From: a virus | DNA length: 64,000 nt | Virus record (IMG/VR): IMGVR_UViG_3300031705_000002 | Span: 30,958-94,957 of that record | Reading direction: 5' to 3' (one strand) | Translations under genes and position numbers: made by a program | Part shown: one piece after another, positions 18,979-29,783 of the stretch | How positions within the stretch are numbered: the first letter of the stretch is position 1 | How the letters are laid out: every line of letters starts with the position of its first letter | The notes under the pieces: model-generated | What the model saw: the letters and a program-made list of their open reading frames with translations, nothing else | What the model was told of the DNA's origin: nothing | Databases searched by the model: none

Positions 18979-19284
18979 TTATGCACTAAACGTTAATAAG
19001 TGAGCTCCCCTAGAAACGCTCTGACTGGTGATGTACGGAAGCTTAAATCTAATTACAGTTCTACCGTCATCGGATGTAAACACTGCATAAGGGCTTCCAA
19101 TTCTATAAGTCATTACACCGTCTGCAGCTCTTAACCTCCTTGGTGCGCAGGTAACTTTACAGTTACCTCTAGTCGAAAGAACGTTGGCAGCAAAAACTTT
19201 GAATTGCTTCTTATACCTCCCTATTCTTTTAGCGGGTTTTAAGCCAAGTTGCTTTCCCCCGCCCGATCCATTTCCGTACCCCAT
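18979..19284 (-). CDS. Hypothetical basic protein
   Basis: 101-aa ORF in the operon. Confidence 0.55.
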   Translation of the reverse strand: MGYGNGSGGGKQLGLKPAKRIGRYKKQFKVFAANVLSTRGNCKVTCAPRRLRAADGVMTYRIGSPYAVFTSDDGRTVIRFKLPYITSQSVSRGAHLLTFSA

Positions 19285-19287
19285 AAC

Positions 19288-19647
19288 TTATACAACTGTT
19301 ACTTCAAAAGTTGCTCCATGTCCTTTTTTATGTAAAAGTATAGCATTACCACTACCTCCTGTAGCTAAAAGAATAGAAGTTATGTTTCCATAAAACACAT
19401 CTCCAGCGGTTAACGTTAAGTCGGTTGCTATAACTGTACCGTCTACAGTTATAGACGCTATTATAACCCCCGCATCATCAAGCCCATCAGCTTTTACAGC
19501 ATAGAAGCTACCTGTTACTGCTGTAGAAGTTGCTTTACCCTCAGGTACTATAGTTACTCCGTGGCGAGCATAATCTAAATCCATCTGTTCGTCAAGTCTT
19601 TTCTGTACGTTTACTAGCTGGTTAGCTAAATCTCTATTTCTGTCCAT
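19288..19647 (-). CDS. Hypothetical protein, possible small virion beta-sandwich
   Basis: 119 aa; GSFYAVKA...AGDVFYGNITSI pattern. Confidence 0.6.
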   Translation of the reverse strand: MDRNRDLANQLVNVQKRLDEQMDLDYARHGVTIVPEGKATSTAVTGSFYAVKADGLDDAGVIIASITVDGTVIATDLTLTAGDVFYGNITSILLATGGSGNAILLHKKGHGATFEVTVV

Positions 19648-19658
19648 TTTGTTTTATT

Positions 19659-22600
19659 TTAACATGTTTTACAATTACAAAGATCAGCTAACTTCTCTTT
19701 GTACATTTCTATTTTAATTTGATTACCTTCTTTTAAGGACGCTACATACGCCTGGTATATGGCATATACTTTAAGAGCCTTCAATTGACTCTCTGTGTCT
19801 TCCTTTAAAAGATTAACAGCTGTCATAGAGTTCTCTATACAGTTATGTAACTCCGTTGAAACACAAGACCCATCATCATAAAGAGCATCAATATCATAAT
19901 TGAAAGACCCTATAGTAGTACATCCAGGTTTAATTAGATTTAAAGTGAATGGCTCAAAGTAAGTTGAGTTGTACACAGTCTTAGTTTGTAGTGTATTTCC
20001 ATACTCATCCTTTAGTACATACACAACCATATTATCAGATAAAACCTTAACCCCTATAGGAGTGGATTCTGCTAAAGTAAAGCCCTCACTTACAGAGGCT
20101 CCCTCCGTAAGCGCCCCCGAAAGATCCACTAACTTCTCTCCTGTAGCTACATTGTAGATAACAAAAGCAGTGTCAGAGTAATCCGATACTGGAGACTCCT
20201 CAGTTATTACCTCTACAGTAAAACTAGTGAATTCTCCTTCATCCTCCTTAACATCTCTAGAACACCCTAGGGTATTTATAGCTAATGGAGAGCACCCTAT
20301 AGAGCAGCTTCCTGGTCCAGTTTTTAAAACTATACTACCATCTGCAGTTGTAGACGATCCATGATCTAATACATGTAAAACATTCTCCCCTTTTCTTAAA
20401 GTTAAAGTTAAATCAACCCAAGAATTTAAATAGTTAAACCCTATAGGCATAAACCCTACACAATCAGGAGAGTTTAAAATAGTAGTTATCCCTGAAGCAG
20501 TAACAGTGTTAAGGATAGTCCCTGATATAGTATACAGTATGTAGTCTATATTAGCTTCCGCCCCTTCAGGTTCTACAGTAATAGTGTAAACACCTGATAA
20601 ATCCTCAGTACCTTCAACGTCTTCAAGCTCTATTAGGGTTTGACATAACGACATATCAGGAGTCCAGTAAGTAGGATCCGAAGTTGCCTCAGGGTTAAAC
20701 TCCAAGTAGTCAGTGTTAGGACAGTATGATGTAGGCACTATGTACTCACATACACTGTTATCAGATATTTCACAATCCCCAAGTATCTCTGAAAAGGAAA
20801 CAGCTACTGTATCAGTACACACTGATAAATATCCCCCACTAGTTATACAAGGATCTACACAGGCTCCACACACCCCTGCATCAGGAATGTATAAAGTGCT
20901 TGTAGGAGCAGTAGTAAGATTCCCTACACTAGTAACAATACTTACTACGCCTCCCGTAGACAGTGTTTGAGCTTGACTTTGACTTATAGCTCCTGAGGTT
21001 AGTAAGAACATTACGTTATTACTTTCCGTACCCCAATCCTCATACTGACAAACTCCTGTACATACATATACCGTAGTCACATTAGAGTCTAAGTCTGGGA
21101 AATAAGGAGCAAACGAGATGCCCTGAGTAAGTTCCGCTATAGTTCCGTCAGGATCTAAAGCCATTAAAACTCTATATACATGGTAATTAGTTTCATAAAA
21201 GTTTTGAGGTGTAGCGGTTGTTTCGTCCTGATACACAGCTAAGTGCACAAACCCCTCTATAGTTCCGTGCTCTATAACGTCTGTGTCTACATCTAGTTTA
21301 GTTACAGATATTATATTAGAACCAATATAAGAACCAAATACATCTTCAATATAAACATTATCTATTAGTTCATCCGTCACTCGGAAGTAGAAGGAAACCG
21401 CCTTACCTATAACTGTTGATACAGTGTTTGAGTCTATAGAGCTTACACTTCCTAACACCCCCGTAATAGTATTAACGGAAGGATTAGTTATAGAGTATGA
21501 GAACGTAACCTCCGCATTTTCATCAGCTCCTGCTAAAGTAAGGGTAGGGTTAAGTCTAGTTATATTTTGACATCTTTTAGTTATATACGGATTATCCCTC
21601 GTATAAACTACCTCCCCAGGTATAGGTAGGAGTTCAGATATTACATCGTTAAGTCCTACCTCTAAATCATAATAACCTATAGTATAAGTATCTTCCCCGT
21701 TAACATTAGAGTAGGTACCTGTATGATGAGTAATTATTGGATTACCACTAAAGTATACAGCGTCTACAGAAGAATCTAGAACAGTAAAGTCCTCAGGGTT
21801 TGTGATACCGAAGTATTCACAATTACCCCCCTCCACTAAAGCGGTAGGGTCATGATTGTACGCCTGTGGGTCTGTACATCCCGTACAAGTACTGTTGTTC
21901 CCGTCACACACTCCACACAGATCTACTGTAGAACCTTGACAATCACATACATCGCCAGGAGTAGTAGTGCCTATTACAAACGTAGTCGCATTGTTACACT
22001 CACATTGAGGCACAACCTCATTAGGGCCATTACAAATGAGACAAGCATCAAGCGTTGAAGTACCTCCCTGAACGCCTGCACAGTCCGTATCCGTCTCTGT
22101 TCCTAAAAGAACACAAGCACCAACAAATTCGTCATACACATACCCTGAGCAACACTCGCCGAAAGCAAGTGGGGCTAAACTGGCATAACTCGAGCACCCA
22201 CCTGGAGCACAGTATTGGTTGCCAGCTAAAGTGTATATAGTAGTAGCTTCATCATAAACTGCTCCTACCACAAATTCTGTTGTAGACACCATGCAGTCAT
22301 CAAATGTAACAGTGTTGTCACAGGAATTAGAGATCCCTCCAGGGGAGTATTCTACGGTATATGAGGGAGCTGCAGCTCCGTCAACGCACCCACAGTTAGG
22401 TGAAGCGAAAGGGATATTCCCCTCACAGTCGCAGTAACCTTCAGGTATATCAGCACACGCACATTCATATTCTGTAGCCTCAACTGTAGGGTCGAAGCAT
22501 CCGCACTCTCCCATCTCGAAAGGTGTGGAAGTAAGAACGCCCTCCACGCCATGCGGAATACATTCATTACACTCGTCACTAAAACCTTCGCAGCCATCCA

Positions 22601-25600
22601 CCCCTAAAGACTCAGTTAAAGGTATCCACATCGGAGTCCCTGCATAATTTAATTCTTGCAGGGTAGGGTCTCCAGGGCATATCGCAGAGCTTGAATATGA
22701 TGCATGATACCCGTCGCCGTCTATGTCTAACACATATAGAGACGTCGTATCACTACATATTATCGCCCCTTCAGCATCGTAGCACTGTTGGTTGAAGTCC
22801 GCTATATTACTCTCTCCAGCGCAATCGCAATACTGTCCATGTACCTCTGTAGAGTTTTGTCCCGCACAGTTACATAAAGAATTGTCTATAAAGTTTCCAC
22901 CACAATCACAGTTAACATCCAGTTGGCCTGTACCGCCATCACAGTCACATACACCGTATGCCTGTAAGTATGTTATGGTATTTTGATCTAAATTCCCCGC
23001 TAAGTGGTCTGTGTACTGATCACAATTGCAGTACCCGTTACTATCAGAAATAACAGTGTCAGGGTTGTTAGTACAATCCGTACAATTAGATATACCTGCC
23101 CCTAAATAAGAGGGAGTCAAACCTCCTGCACCATCACAGTTGCAAGCATTCGTAGGATTTACACAAAGACTCTCTAAGTGTTCAGAAGGATAAAGGTCGT
23201 CACCAGAGTTTAGAAGTAAACCATCCTCCACAAAAGATCCTGAAGTTCCGTATCCGTTACAGTTAGTAGTATCTGTTAATAAATCTGAGCATCCATAGAA
23301 GGTGCATGCAGATAAATCTTCTACACAATCAGTGACGCCTTGGCACCCTGCTGCAGAAGTGTTATTTCCTAGGTTTGTCCCCTGAGGACATTCATAGCAT
23401 GCGGTTGTTTGGGTTCCTGTGCCTTCTAGGTATACAGCGCCAGACCCTGCACCAGTTACATCGCCATTGGTATGGCAAACCCCACACTGATCCACGTGAG
23501 TAACTCTGTAATCTCCCATACATACATCACAGGCATCCCCAAAGGTGCCTTCATCAAACGGGGGAGTCGTACAGCTACCATCATTGACGTTAGCTAGGGG
23601 ATTAAAATTACAACACCAGTCATACGTACATCCAAATATAGGAAGAATGTAACCTAGATCCTCTCCTATATCAGTTACAATTCCCCCAAACTCTCCTTTA
23701 GCGGGTAGTAATGGGTAGGCTCCAAGGGAATCCCCCTTATAGAGATCTATACCAAACGCAATGCGAACCGCGTCAAAGTCTTCAGGGTTAACTAATCTAG
23801 ATATTCTAGAGTGGAAGTTAGTACCTATATATATATGCCCATTAGGCAACTTTAAAATATTGTTTATAAGTCCTGCAGCGTTTACATCCTCTACATCAAG
23901 AAGATTCCGTTTTATGTCGTTCGCCGAAATAACAGTACCAGCAGGTAGGTGGGTAAGGGGTGAAAAACCAACCTGCCCTCGTTTATATTTTCTTATACCT
24001 CGAATATCCCCCGCTCCATCCGCAACAGTAACATATACGATGTCTACTGCCAGTTCCATAGAAGCTATAGAACCATATACTGAATCAAATAGCTCTGATA
24101 AAGACATAGTTATTACAGTCGTCGACCCACTAGTTGGAAGTGTAGCCAAAGAGGGAGCGCCGTTGTTGCTTGTATAACTAAGTGCATACAAGGCTTCAGA
24201 TACTTTTAGTATCCCCCCATCAAACGTACCTGACGTACCTGATAAATCTGTAGACAAATGCTCTGTTAAAGTAGATGTAGAAATATCGTTAACAATAGGA
24301 AACGATTGTAGTTTCATTGTAACACCTATATGGGTATAAACATATATAACAGTTCTGTTACCTAGACCTGTATTTATAACACAAGTATCTACTATTACTT
24401 CTGATTCAGGTATAGTTAATATCTCTCCCTCCAAAACTACTGTACCTAAACACATACCCCAAGGAGCTGTGAAGGAGGTACATCCTATACCAAAAGTCAA
24501 CTTATAACTTTTAAATACATTGCCATCTAAGGTTATTATTTTATAGTGAAAATCATCTAATCCTGTGTAAGTTTCCACAGAAATAACCTCTCCCTCTATA
24601 ACGCTTAGTGTGTCTCCTATTCTATTCAGCACAGTGTATGCCTCCTCGCCGTTTATTTTCGCTACAACTGCAACTAAAACTCCGTTAGATGACACTATCC
24701 TAGCTCCCTCTACGGATAAGTCAATATTTTTATTATTTATATAATATTCAAAAGAAGAAACGTCAGCAGGTAAAGATAAATCTTTAAGATTTACTGCTTC
24801 TCTCCCTACATTTGTAGCTACATACATATATTCCTCACTATCCCCTATAGGTAAAAAAGCTCCTGGAGGTGTAGGGGTTATTATATTTAATTGCCTGTGG
24901 TTGTTCGGGTCTCTCCATTCGAGGGAGTGCGTTAGCAAAAATTCTTCATAAGAATTAAAACTTACAGCTACTCCTAGACCTGTTTCTAAGCTAATTTTTG
25001 CAGTATCTATGACTAGCGAATTGTTGTGACCCTCTAATGGGAGAGGCAACTCCTTGATAAGTATGTCAGGCAAATTAATCAAAGTGTCTACAGATGTCTG
25101 AAGGTCAGGGGTAGGTATAACTATATACTCTGTACTACCTTTGGCGTACACATGTATAGCTCCATCCTTACTTAATGAAATATCTGTTATAGTACTAGAT
25201 AAAGGATTGCTTATAGATACGATACTAGACCTTATTTCTCCGTGTATTTCATTCTCAAAGAATTCCTCGGAATTAAGTCTGGTTAAATTGTATACTGTTA
25301 TATACTGATCTCCGCTACTAGCGTCTTCCGATATAGTATATAGAAAATTATCATGAGGAGATAGAACTGCTTTTTTAAATAAAACGCCATAATCTCCTTC
25401 AGTAAGATTGTGATCTGTGTTTGGTGCTGCAGCGTACATATGTATTTCTAATCCGTCCACTTCGGTGGGGGCTAGTAACGCTCCACTTATATTATCTACA
25501 TACGTAAGTATAAACCCAAACTTCCCGCCTATAACTACCAGTTTTTTACCTATCCCTAAGTCTGTTGCACCAGAGTTAAGTAGTGTCGTTACCTGGGATG

Positions 25601-27527
25601 ACACTAGATGCCCTGAGCGTAATCTACTAGATATAATAAAAGGAATATCATTAAGTTTAGCACTATCGTAATCTCCGCTCCCATAATCCACCCCCGTGTA
25701 AACCTCAGTTTCTAAGTCTAAGATAGCATCTAAACCGTCTCCATCCGTTATACCTAGTGTACTAAAATCTAAATATCCCTCCTCGTCTGTAAGGAATTTT
25801 ACTCCAGGTATGTTATACATCCTAGATAAACTTTTTGAAAGACCTCTAGAATCAAGTCCGTCGGACTCGAAGAAACTGTACCCTTTGAAGGTTATTGTAT
25901 AGGCTTTAGCGTCCCCCATACCATCAGTCATCAGTCTTGCAGACATTCCAGTTCCCCCTCCCACTATGTCACCACCCTGCTCTACATATTGGTTTCTAGC
26001 ACTTCTAATATTTACTACATCACTCTGCTGTATACTAACATCTAACAACTCTAAATCTCTATATACCGTATAACTGTCTTGTACAGGAGATAATGCCAAT
26101 GTGAGTGTTCTAGGAAGAGTCATCCCTATAAATGAGGTACCAGCATCCTGTGTACGCGATGAGAGTATTGAGGCAACCCTACCATGAAAAGCTTTAGATT
26201 TACCTACAGAATTCTCTGCATAGTATATAGTACTTTCGTCTTCAAAAAGACCTGAACTCTCTATAATACCCCCTACAAACTCTCCTCCTATAACAATACC
26301 TGGAGTATCTATATGGAAAGTATTTACAATCTCCCCTAATTCTACGTCAGGGTTGTCGCAGTCTATCCCTGGGTAATCCGCAGGGGTTCTATCTAAAATA
26401 GTCTTAACAGATAGGTACGCGCCAGAGGTAAAAAATATATTGGTATATTCCTCCCCTACATCTGTAACACTTCGAACAGAGAGAAACTTCTCCTTAGCCA
26501 CAAACTCTGAGGGCTCTAAATCTGTGTGAAGACCTGTACCATGGTAAAAGTTCGCCATAGAGGTTCCAAGCCTATCTGAAATGGATGCCACCCATTTACC
26601 ATCTAAAATACCAATAAATATATAGTTTAAAACTATAGAGTTTTCTTCTAATATTGAAGAGGATGTTACGTAGTCTAGGGTATCACTCTTAACGGGGGAA
26701 ACATAAGAAGCCCCACTCATCAAATCAACATAATTAAACATATCCTCAAACGCCCCTAAGAGTATATAGTTGTGGGTAGGTACCACAAACCTTGAAGCAT
26801 CTATATCATGGAAGGTTTTTGTTTTAACAACTTTGGCGCAAGATCCATCATCTACGTTAGCATTAGAATTAAAGTTAGAAGATAAAGAATTAGTACACCC
26901 ATAAACCCAAGGGTTAGTGCTATTTGTACCTCCGTATAGTTTAAAAATATGTGACTTTAAAATCTTATATCTATTCAGCACATAAGTAGTAATATCTCCT
27001 TCGGGAGATGTTCTGATGCCGTGTTTACTATGAAACACGTTCCCGTGGTATGAAACGTTAACTACTGTATCTCCCTTCTGATCTCCTAACCCTAAAAGGT
27101 TACCTATGTAATGTAAGGTAGCGGGCATCATGTTTACCCTCTTAGGTAATAGTGTAGTACCCCAAGAAGTGGAATTACTGTATGTGATTGAAGTCTTAGT
27201 AACTTTTGTATCAGTAATTGCAGAAGAAAAGTCAAACAAAATGTCTGCCTCCTTTTTGCTTACCTCCTTAAACTTAACAAGTAGATTCCCGTCCAGGTGC
27301 ATATTATTACTATACAAGTCTGTCAATAGGGACTCCCATTGAAATAATGCATTATGTATATCTATGACAATACCTCCTATATCACTAGGAACTTTAGACG
27401 AATCCTGGAAATAGTTTGTATCTATATGGTAACCCAACTCTAATATATCAGAACTTCCCGCTTTAACATTGTTAATAGCAGTAAGTAACGGTTGGAATAT
27501 CTTTAATGAGTTTAATTTATAAGCCAT
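19659..27527 (-). CDS. Giant Cys-rich protein (2622 aa) with a degenerate N-terminal matrixin-like domain; probable virion appendage
   Basis: Single open frame; GCTx(5)N(Y/F)..A..DDGSC and CDCxG / DxCGVC repeats; no signal peptide; lies in the structural operon. Confidence 0.8.
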   Translation of the reverse strand: MAYKLNSLKIFQPLLTAINNVKAGSSDILELGYHIDTNYFQDSSKVPSDIGGIVIDIHNALFQWESLLTDLYSNNMHLDGNLLVKFKEVSKKEADILFDFSSAITDTKVTKTSITYSNSTSWGTTLLPKRVNMMPATLHYIGNLLGLGDQKGDTVVNVSYHGNVFHSKHGIRTSPEGDITTYVLNRYKILKSHIFKLYGGTNSTNPWVYGCTNSLSSNFNSNANVDDGSCAKVVKTKTFHDIDASRFVVPTHNYILLGAFEDMFNYVDLMSGASYVSPVKSDTLDYVTSSSILEENSIVLNYIFIGILDGKWVASISDRLGTSMANFYHGTGLHTDLEPSEFVAKEKFLSVRSVTDVGEEYTNIFFTSGAYLSVKTILDRTPADYPGIDCDNPDVELGEIVNTFHIDTPGIVIGGEFVGGIIESSGLFEDESTIYYAENSVGKSKAFHGRVASILSSRTQDAGTSFIGMTLPRTLTLALSPVQDSYTVYRDLELLDVSIQQSDVVNIRSARNQYVEQGGDIVGGGTGMSARLMTDGMGDAKAYTITFKGYSFFESDGLDSRGLSKSLSRMYNIPGVKFLTDEEGYLDFSTLGITDGDGLDAILDLETEVYTGVDYGSGDYDSAKLNDIPFIISSRLRSGHLVSSQVTTLLNSGATDLGIGKKLVVIGGKFGFILTYVDNISGALLAPTEVDGLEIHMYAAAPNTDHNLTEGDYGVLFKKAVLSPHDNFLYTISEDASSGDQYITVYNLTRLNSEEFFENEIHGEIRSSIVSISNPLSSTITDISLSKDGAIHVYAKGSTEYIVIPTPDLQTSVDTLINLPDILIKELPLPLEGHNNSLVIDTAKISLETGLGVAVSFNSYEEFLLTHSLEWRDPNNHRQLNIITPTPPGAFLPIGDSEEYMYVATNVGREAVNLKDLSLPADVSSFEYYINNKNIDLSVEGARIVSSNGVLVAVVAKINGEEAYTVLNRIGDTLSVIEGEVISVETYTGLDDFHYKIITLDGNVFKSYKLTFGIGCTSFTAPWGMCLGTVVLEGEILTIPESEVIVDTCVINTGLGNRTVIYVYTHIGVTMKLQSFPIVNDISTSTLTEHLSTDLSGTSGTFDGGILKVSEALYALSYTSNNGAPSLATLPTSGSTTVITMSLSELFDSVYGSIASMELAVDIVYVTVADGAGDIRGIRKYKRGQVGFSPLTHLPAGTVISANDIKRNLLDVEDVNAAGLINNILKLPNGHIYIGTNFHSRISRLVNPEDFDAVRIAFGIDLYKGDSLGAYPLLPAKGEFGGIVTDIGEDLGYILPIFGCTYDWCCNFNPLANVNDGSCTTPPFDEGTFGDACDVCMGDYRVTHVDQCGVCHTNGDVTGAGSGAVYLEGTGTQTTACYECPQGTNLGNNTSAAGCQGVTDCVEDLSACTFYGCSDLLTDTTNCNGYGTSGSFVEDGLLLNSGDDLYPSEHLESLCVNPTNACNCDGAGGLTPSYLGAGISNCTDCTNNPDTVISDSNGYCNCDQYTDHLAGNLDQNTITYLQAYGVCDCDGGTGQLDVNCDCGGNFIDNSLCNCAGQNSTEVHGQYCDCAGESNIADFNQQCYDAEGAIICSDTTSLYVLDIDGDGYHASYSSSAICPGDPTLQELNYAGTPMWIPLTESLGVDGCEGFSDECNECIPHGVEGVLTSTPFEMGECGCFDPTVEATEYECACADIPEGYCDCEGNIPFASPNCGCVDGAAAPSYTVEYSPGGISNSCDNTVTFDDCMVSTTEFVVGAVYDEATTIYTLAGNQYCAPGGCSSYASLAPLAFGECCSGYVYDEFVGACVLLGTETDTDCAGVQGGTSTLDACLICNGPNEVVPQCECNNATTFVIGTTTPGDVCDCQGSTVDLCGVCDGNNSTCTGCTDPQAYNHDPTALVEGGNCEYFGITNPEDFTVLDSSVDAVYFSGNPIITHHTGTYSNVNGEDTYTIGYYDLEVGLNDVISELLPIPGEVVYTRDNPYITKRCQNITRLNPTLTLAGADENAEVTFSYSITNPSVNTITGVLGSVSSIDSNTVSTVIGKAVSFYFRVTDELIDNVYIEDVFGSYIGSNIISVTKLDVDTDVIEHGTIEGFVHLAVYQDETTATPQNFYETNYHVYRVLMALDPDGTIAELTQGISFAPYFPDLDSNVTTVYVCTGVCQYEDWGTESNNVMFLLTSGAISQSQAQTLSTGGVVSIVTSVGNLTTAPTSTLYIPDAGVCGACVDPCITSGGYLSVCTDTVAVSFSEILGDCEISDNSVCEYIVPTSYCPNTDYLEFNPEATSDPTYWTPDMSLCQTLIELEDVEGTEDLSGVYTITVEPEGAEANIDYILYTISGTILNTVTASGITTILNSPDCVGFMPIGFNYLNSWVDLTLTLRKGENVLHVLDHGSSTTADGSIVLKTGPGSCSIGCSPLAINTLGCSRDVKEDEGEFTSFTVEVITEESPVSDYSDTAFVIYNVATGEKLVDLSGALTEGASVSEGFTLAESTPIGVKVLSDNMVVYVLKDEYGNTLQTKTVYNSTYFEPFTLNLIKPGCTTIGSFNYDIDALYDDGSCVSTELHNCIENSMTAVNLLKEDTESQLKALKVYAIYQAYVASLKEGNQIKIEMYKEKLADLCNCKTC

Positions 27528-27538
27528 CTGTATTTATC

Positions 27539-29050
27539 TTATTTTAAAGGTTTTACTATAAACATATGACCTAGGGCGTCATTTAAAGCTGTCGCGCACT
27601 TTAGAGTCCCCTGCACAGAAAAAGTACTAAGCCAGTTATCTAAATCTACACTTGCAAAATTATTATTAACAACTACCCCGTCTACTGCAATAGAAGATAC
27701 AATATACGCCCGAAGATCAGAAGACTTAAGAACAGTAGCAGTTAATTTAAAAGTTCCTACGGCTGATATAGTCCCAGTAGTAGCTATTGACACACTATTA
27801 ATCATAATGTCTGCTGAATTATTAGTAGTATCACTGAAGCTGCCATAGTATTCTATCTCAAACCCTTCATTTACATCGTACTCTGATAGATCTATATCAA
27901 AAGAATATATAGGATCATCAGCATTTAAAACTAAAGCGTACTTTTTGGCCGCACTTTTTAAAATACCTGAACCTGAACCTGAAGATATGTTCTCTCTTTT
28001 ATTATGAGTATTACTTTCTATATAATAATCCTTTCCATCGTTATAGATAGAAACAGCTTGATACTTTTGGTTTAAAGTTAATGTAGGAGCAGACTCTATA
28101 GTATCCTGAGAACTAGTGCTCACAACTATATTATTTATATCTGCATATCCATACTCGTCTTTTATTACAAACTTAGTAAGCTTGGGATTTTGTAAAGACT
28201 TTACACTAGGTAATGTAATAGATACAGACCCTCTTCTGGAATCCGCAGCTATAATACCTCTATCGCTTTCCTTAGCTATGAATGCATTAAAATCAACTAA
28301 CCTTCTATTAAACATACTACTACCTTCTAAAACCTCTCTAATACTTCTAGGAGACATAGCGGATAAAGAGCTGGTTAGGTTTTGAGAGTCCTCCGATGAG
28401 GATAACTTTAATATACCTGCCACCTCTTCTGTGGCGAATACTACGTTAGTATTTATAATAGCAAACTGAGTCCCCACCTCTCCATGCGTTCCTCCAGCAC
28501 TTCCTGCTGTACATATTATAATATCCCCTTTCTGCACGCTAGGACCATTAAGGGCGAACTTAGGGTACTCTTTCATGGAGATATAAGTATCTCCTGCTGC
28601 AGACCTAGGGTAGACACTCCCATCAAGTTCTTTTATTGTCTTTAAAGATGCAACCAAGAGAGAGTCTGCATACCTTTTGTTAATTAAATCGTCATTGCTA
28701 AACATCGTCACCTTATCATACGTTAAGGGGGCAGATATTTTAGAAGATCCATCTACCTTAATTAGGTGAGCAACCTTAGTGTCTACATAAGATTTATTTG
28801 AAGCATCTCCTCCTACCTTAGGTGAGGGTACCTTTAAAGGTTTAACTAATACTGGGTTGTTTTTATTTAAAGTGTTCTTTTGTATATCCTTCTTTAGCGT
28901 CCTTAACTCTGCAGCCAGCTTATCGCCACTCAGAGTCAGGACCTTAGTAAGATCACTCACACTTATATTCTTAACTTTGCCTCCCTGTACTATAGTTAAA
29001 AGATCAGAACTGGTAGGTTTGGTCGTTTTAGGTAAATTCGATATTTTCAT
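27539..29050 (-). CDS. Tail fibre / adaptor-like protein
   Basis: MKISNLP...DLLTIVQGG N-terminus; NKSYVD/NKRYAD, ATEEVAGILKLS and ITLP...VIKDE motifs. Confidence 0.7.
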   Translation of the reverse strand: MKISNLPKTTKPTSSDLLTIVQGGKVKNISVSDLTKVLTLSGDKLAAELRTLKKDIQKNTLNKNNPVLVKPLKVPSPKVGGDASNKSYVDTKVAHLIKVDGSSKISAPLTYDKVTMFSNDDLINKRYADSLLVASLKTIKELDGSVYPRSAAGDTYISMKEYPKFALNGPSVQKGDIIICTAGSAGGTHGEVGTQFAIINTNVVFATEEVAGILKLSSSEDSQNLTSSLSAMSPRSIREVLEGSSMFNRRLVDFNAFIAKESDRGIIAADSRRGSVSITLPSVKSLQNPKLTKFVIKDEYGYADINNIVVSTSSQDTIESAPTLTLNQKYQAVSIYNDGKDYYIESNTHNKRENISSGSGSGILKSAAKKYALVLNADDPIYSFDIDLSEYDVNEGFEIEYYGSFSDTTNNSADIMINSVSIATTGTISAVGTFKLTATVLKSSDLRAYIVSSIAVDGVVVNNNFASVDLDNWLSTFSVQGTLKCATALNDALGHMFIVKPLK

Positions 29051-29060
29051 TATTCGTTAT

Positions 29061-29777
29061 TTATACATCTAATGGACGACCATCTTCAGTAGTTAGTGAC
29101 TTATTATCATTTAATCTTAGAACCTCTCTCTCTTGAGGCGTTTTCTTGAACTCTGCCTTCACCTCTAAGTACTTATTATTAGAGTATGAGATACCCATCT
29201 CTACCGCCACCTTATCTAGAAGAGCATCCCAGTGTTTAATAGCGTTGACACTTAGTGGTTGAGTAGGGGATACGTAATAATCAACCCCACCCGACACTCT
29301 AGGGTGCGCAGACACAGAGGCATTAGAGATAGTTACACTACCTCCATTATATTTAGACCCCTTAGGGAAGGTAAACGACAGAGAATTATTTTGCACGTCT
29401 AATGTAGCCCCTATTGTAGGGTGAAATACATCTATATTTAGTAAAGATTGATTTTCTTCTATATTAAGTTTTCCTATTAACTCCCTAAAACCCTCTAATG
29501 TGGTTATAAATACATTAACGGTTGCAGGGTAGGTTACCATAGACGACGAGGACACCACAACCGATATAGGGTTAGGTGTGCGGGATGTTATATTTATAGG
29601 CTCCTTTATTGTGTCCCCTAAAAGATCTAACCATGAGGCCAATACATTATATGTAGACTCCATCTTCCTGTTACTTCTTCCTGAGGACAGCTTAGATATT
29701 ATTTTAAAGGAGTATTCCCTAAAGGAATACCTAGCCTGTATATATTTCTTATATATAGATAGTTGTGTAGCAGTCAT
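29061..29777 (-). CDS. Putative tail hub / adaptor protein
   Basis: 238 aa; C-terminal LTTEDGxxL motif, often found next to KISxLP fibre proteins. Confidence 0.5.
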   Translation of the reverse strand: MTATQLSIYKKYIQARYSFREYSFKIISKLSSGRSNRKMESTYNVLASWLDLLGDTIKEPINITSRTPNPISVVVSSSSMVTYPATVNVFITTLEGFRELIGKLNIEENQSLLNIDVFHPTIGATLDVQNNSLSFTFPKGSKYNGGSVTISNASVSAHPRVSGGVDYYVSPTQPLSVNAIKHWDALLDKVAVEMGISYSNNKYLEVKAEFKKTPQEREVLRLNDNKSLTTEDGRPLDV

Positions 29778-29783
29778 GTTATA

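Noticed and set aside
21800-23700. CRISPR array or DNA tandem repeat in the Cys-rich region
   Set aside because: The repetition is at protein level and degenerate in DNA; no constant repeat-spacer period.
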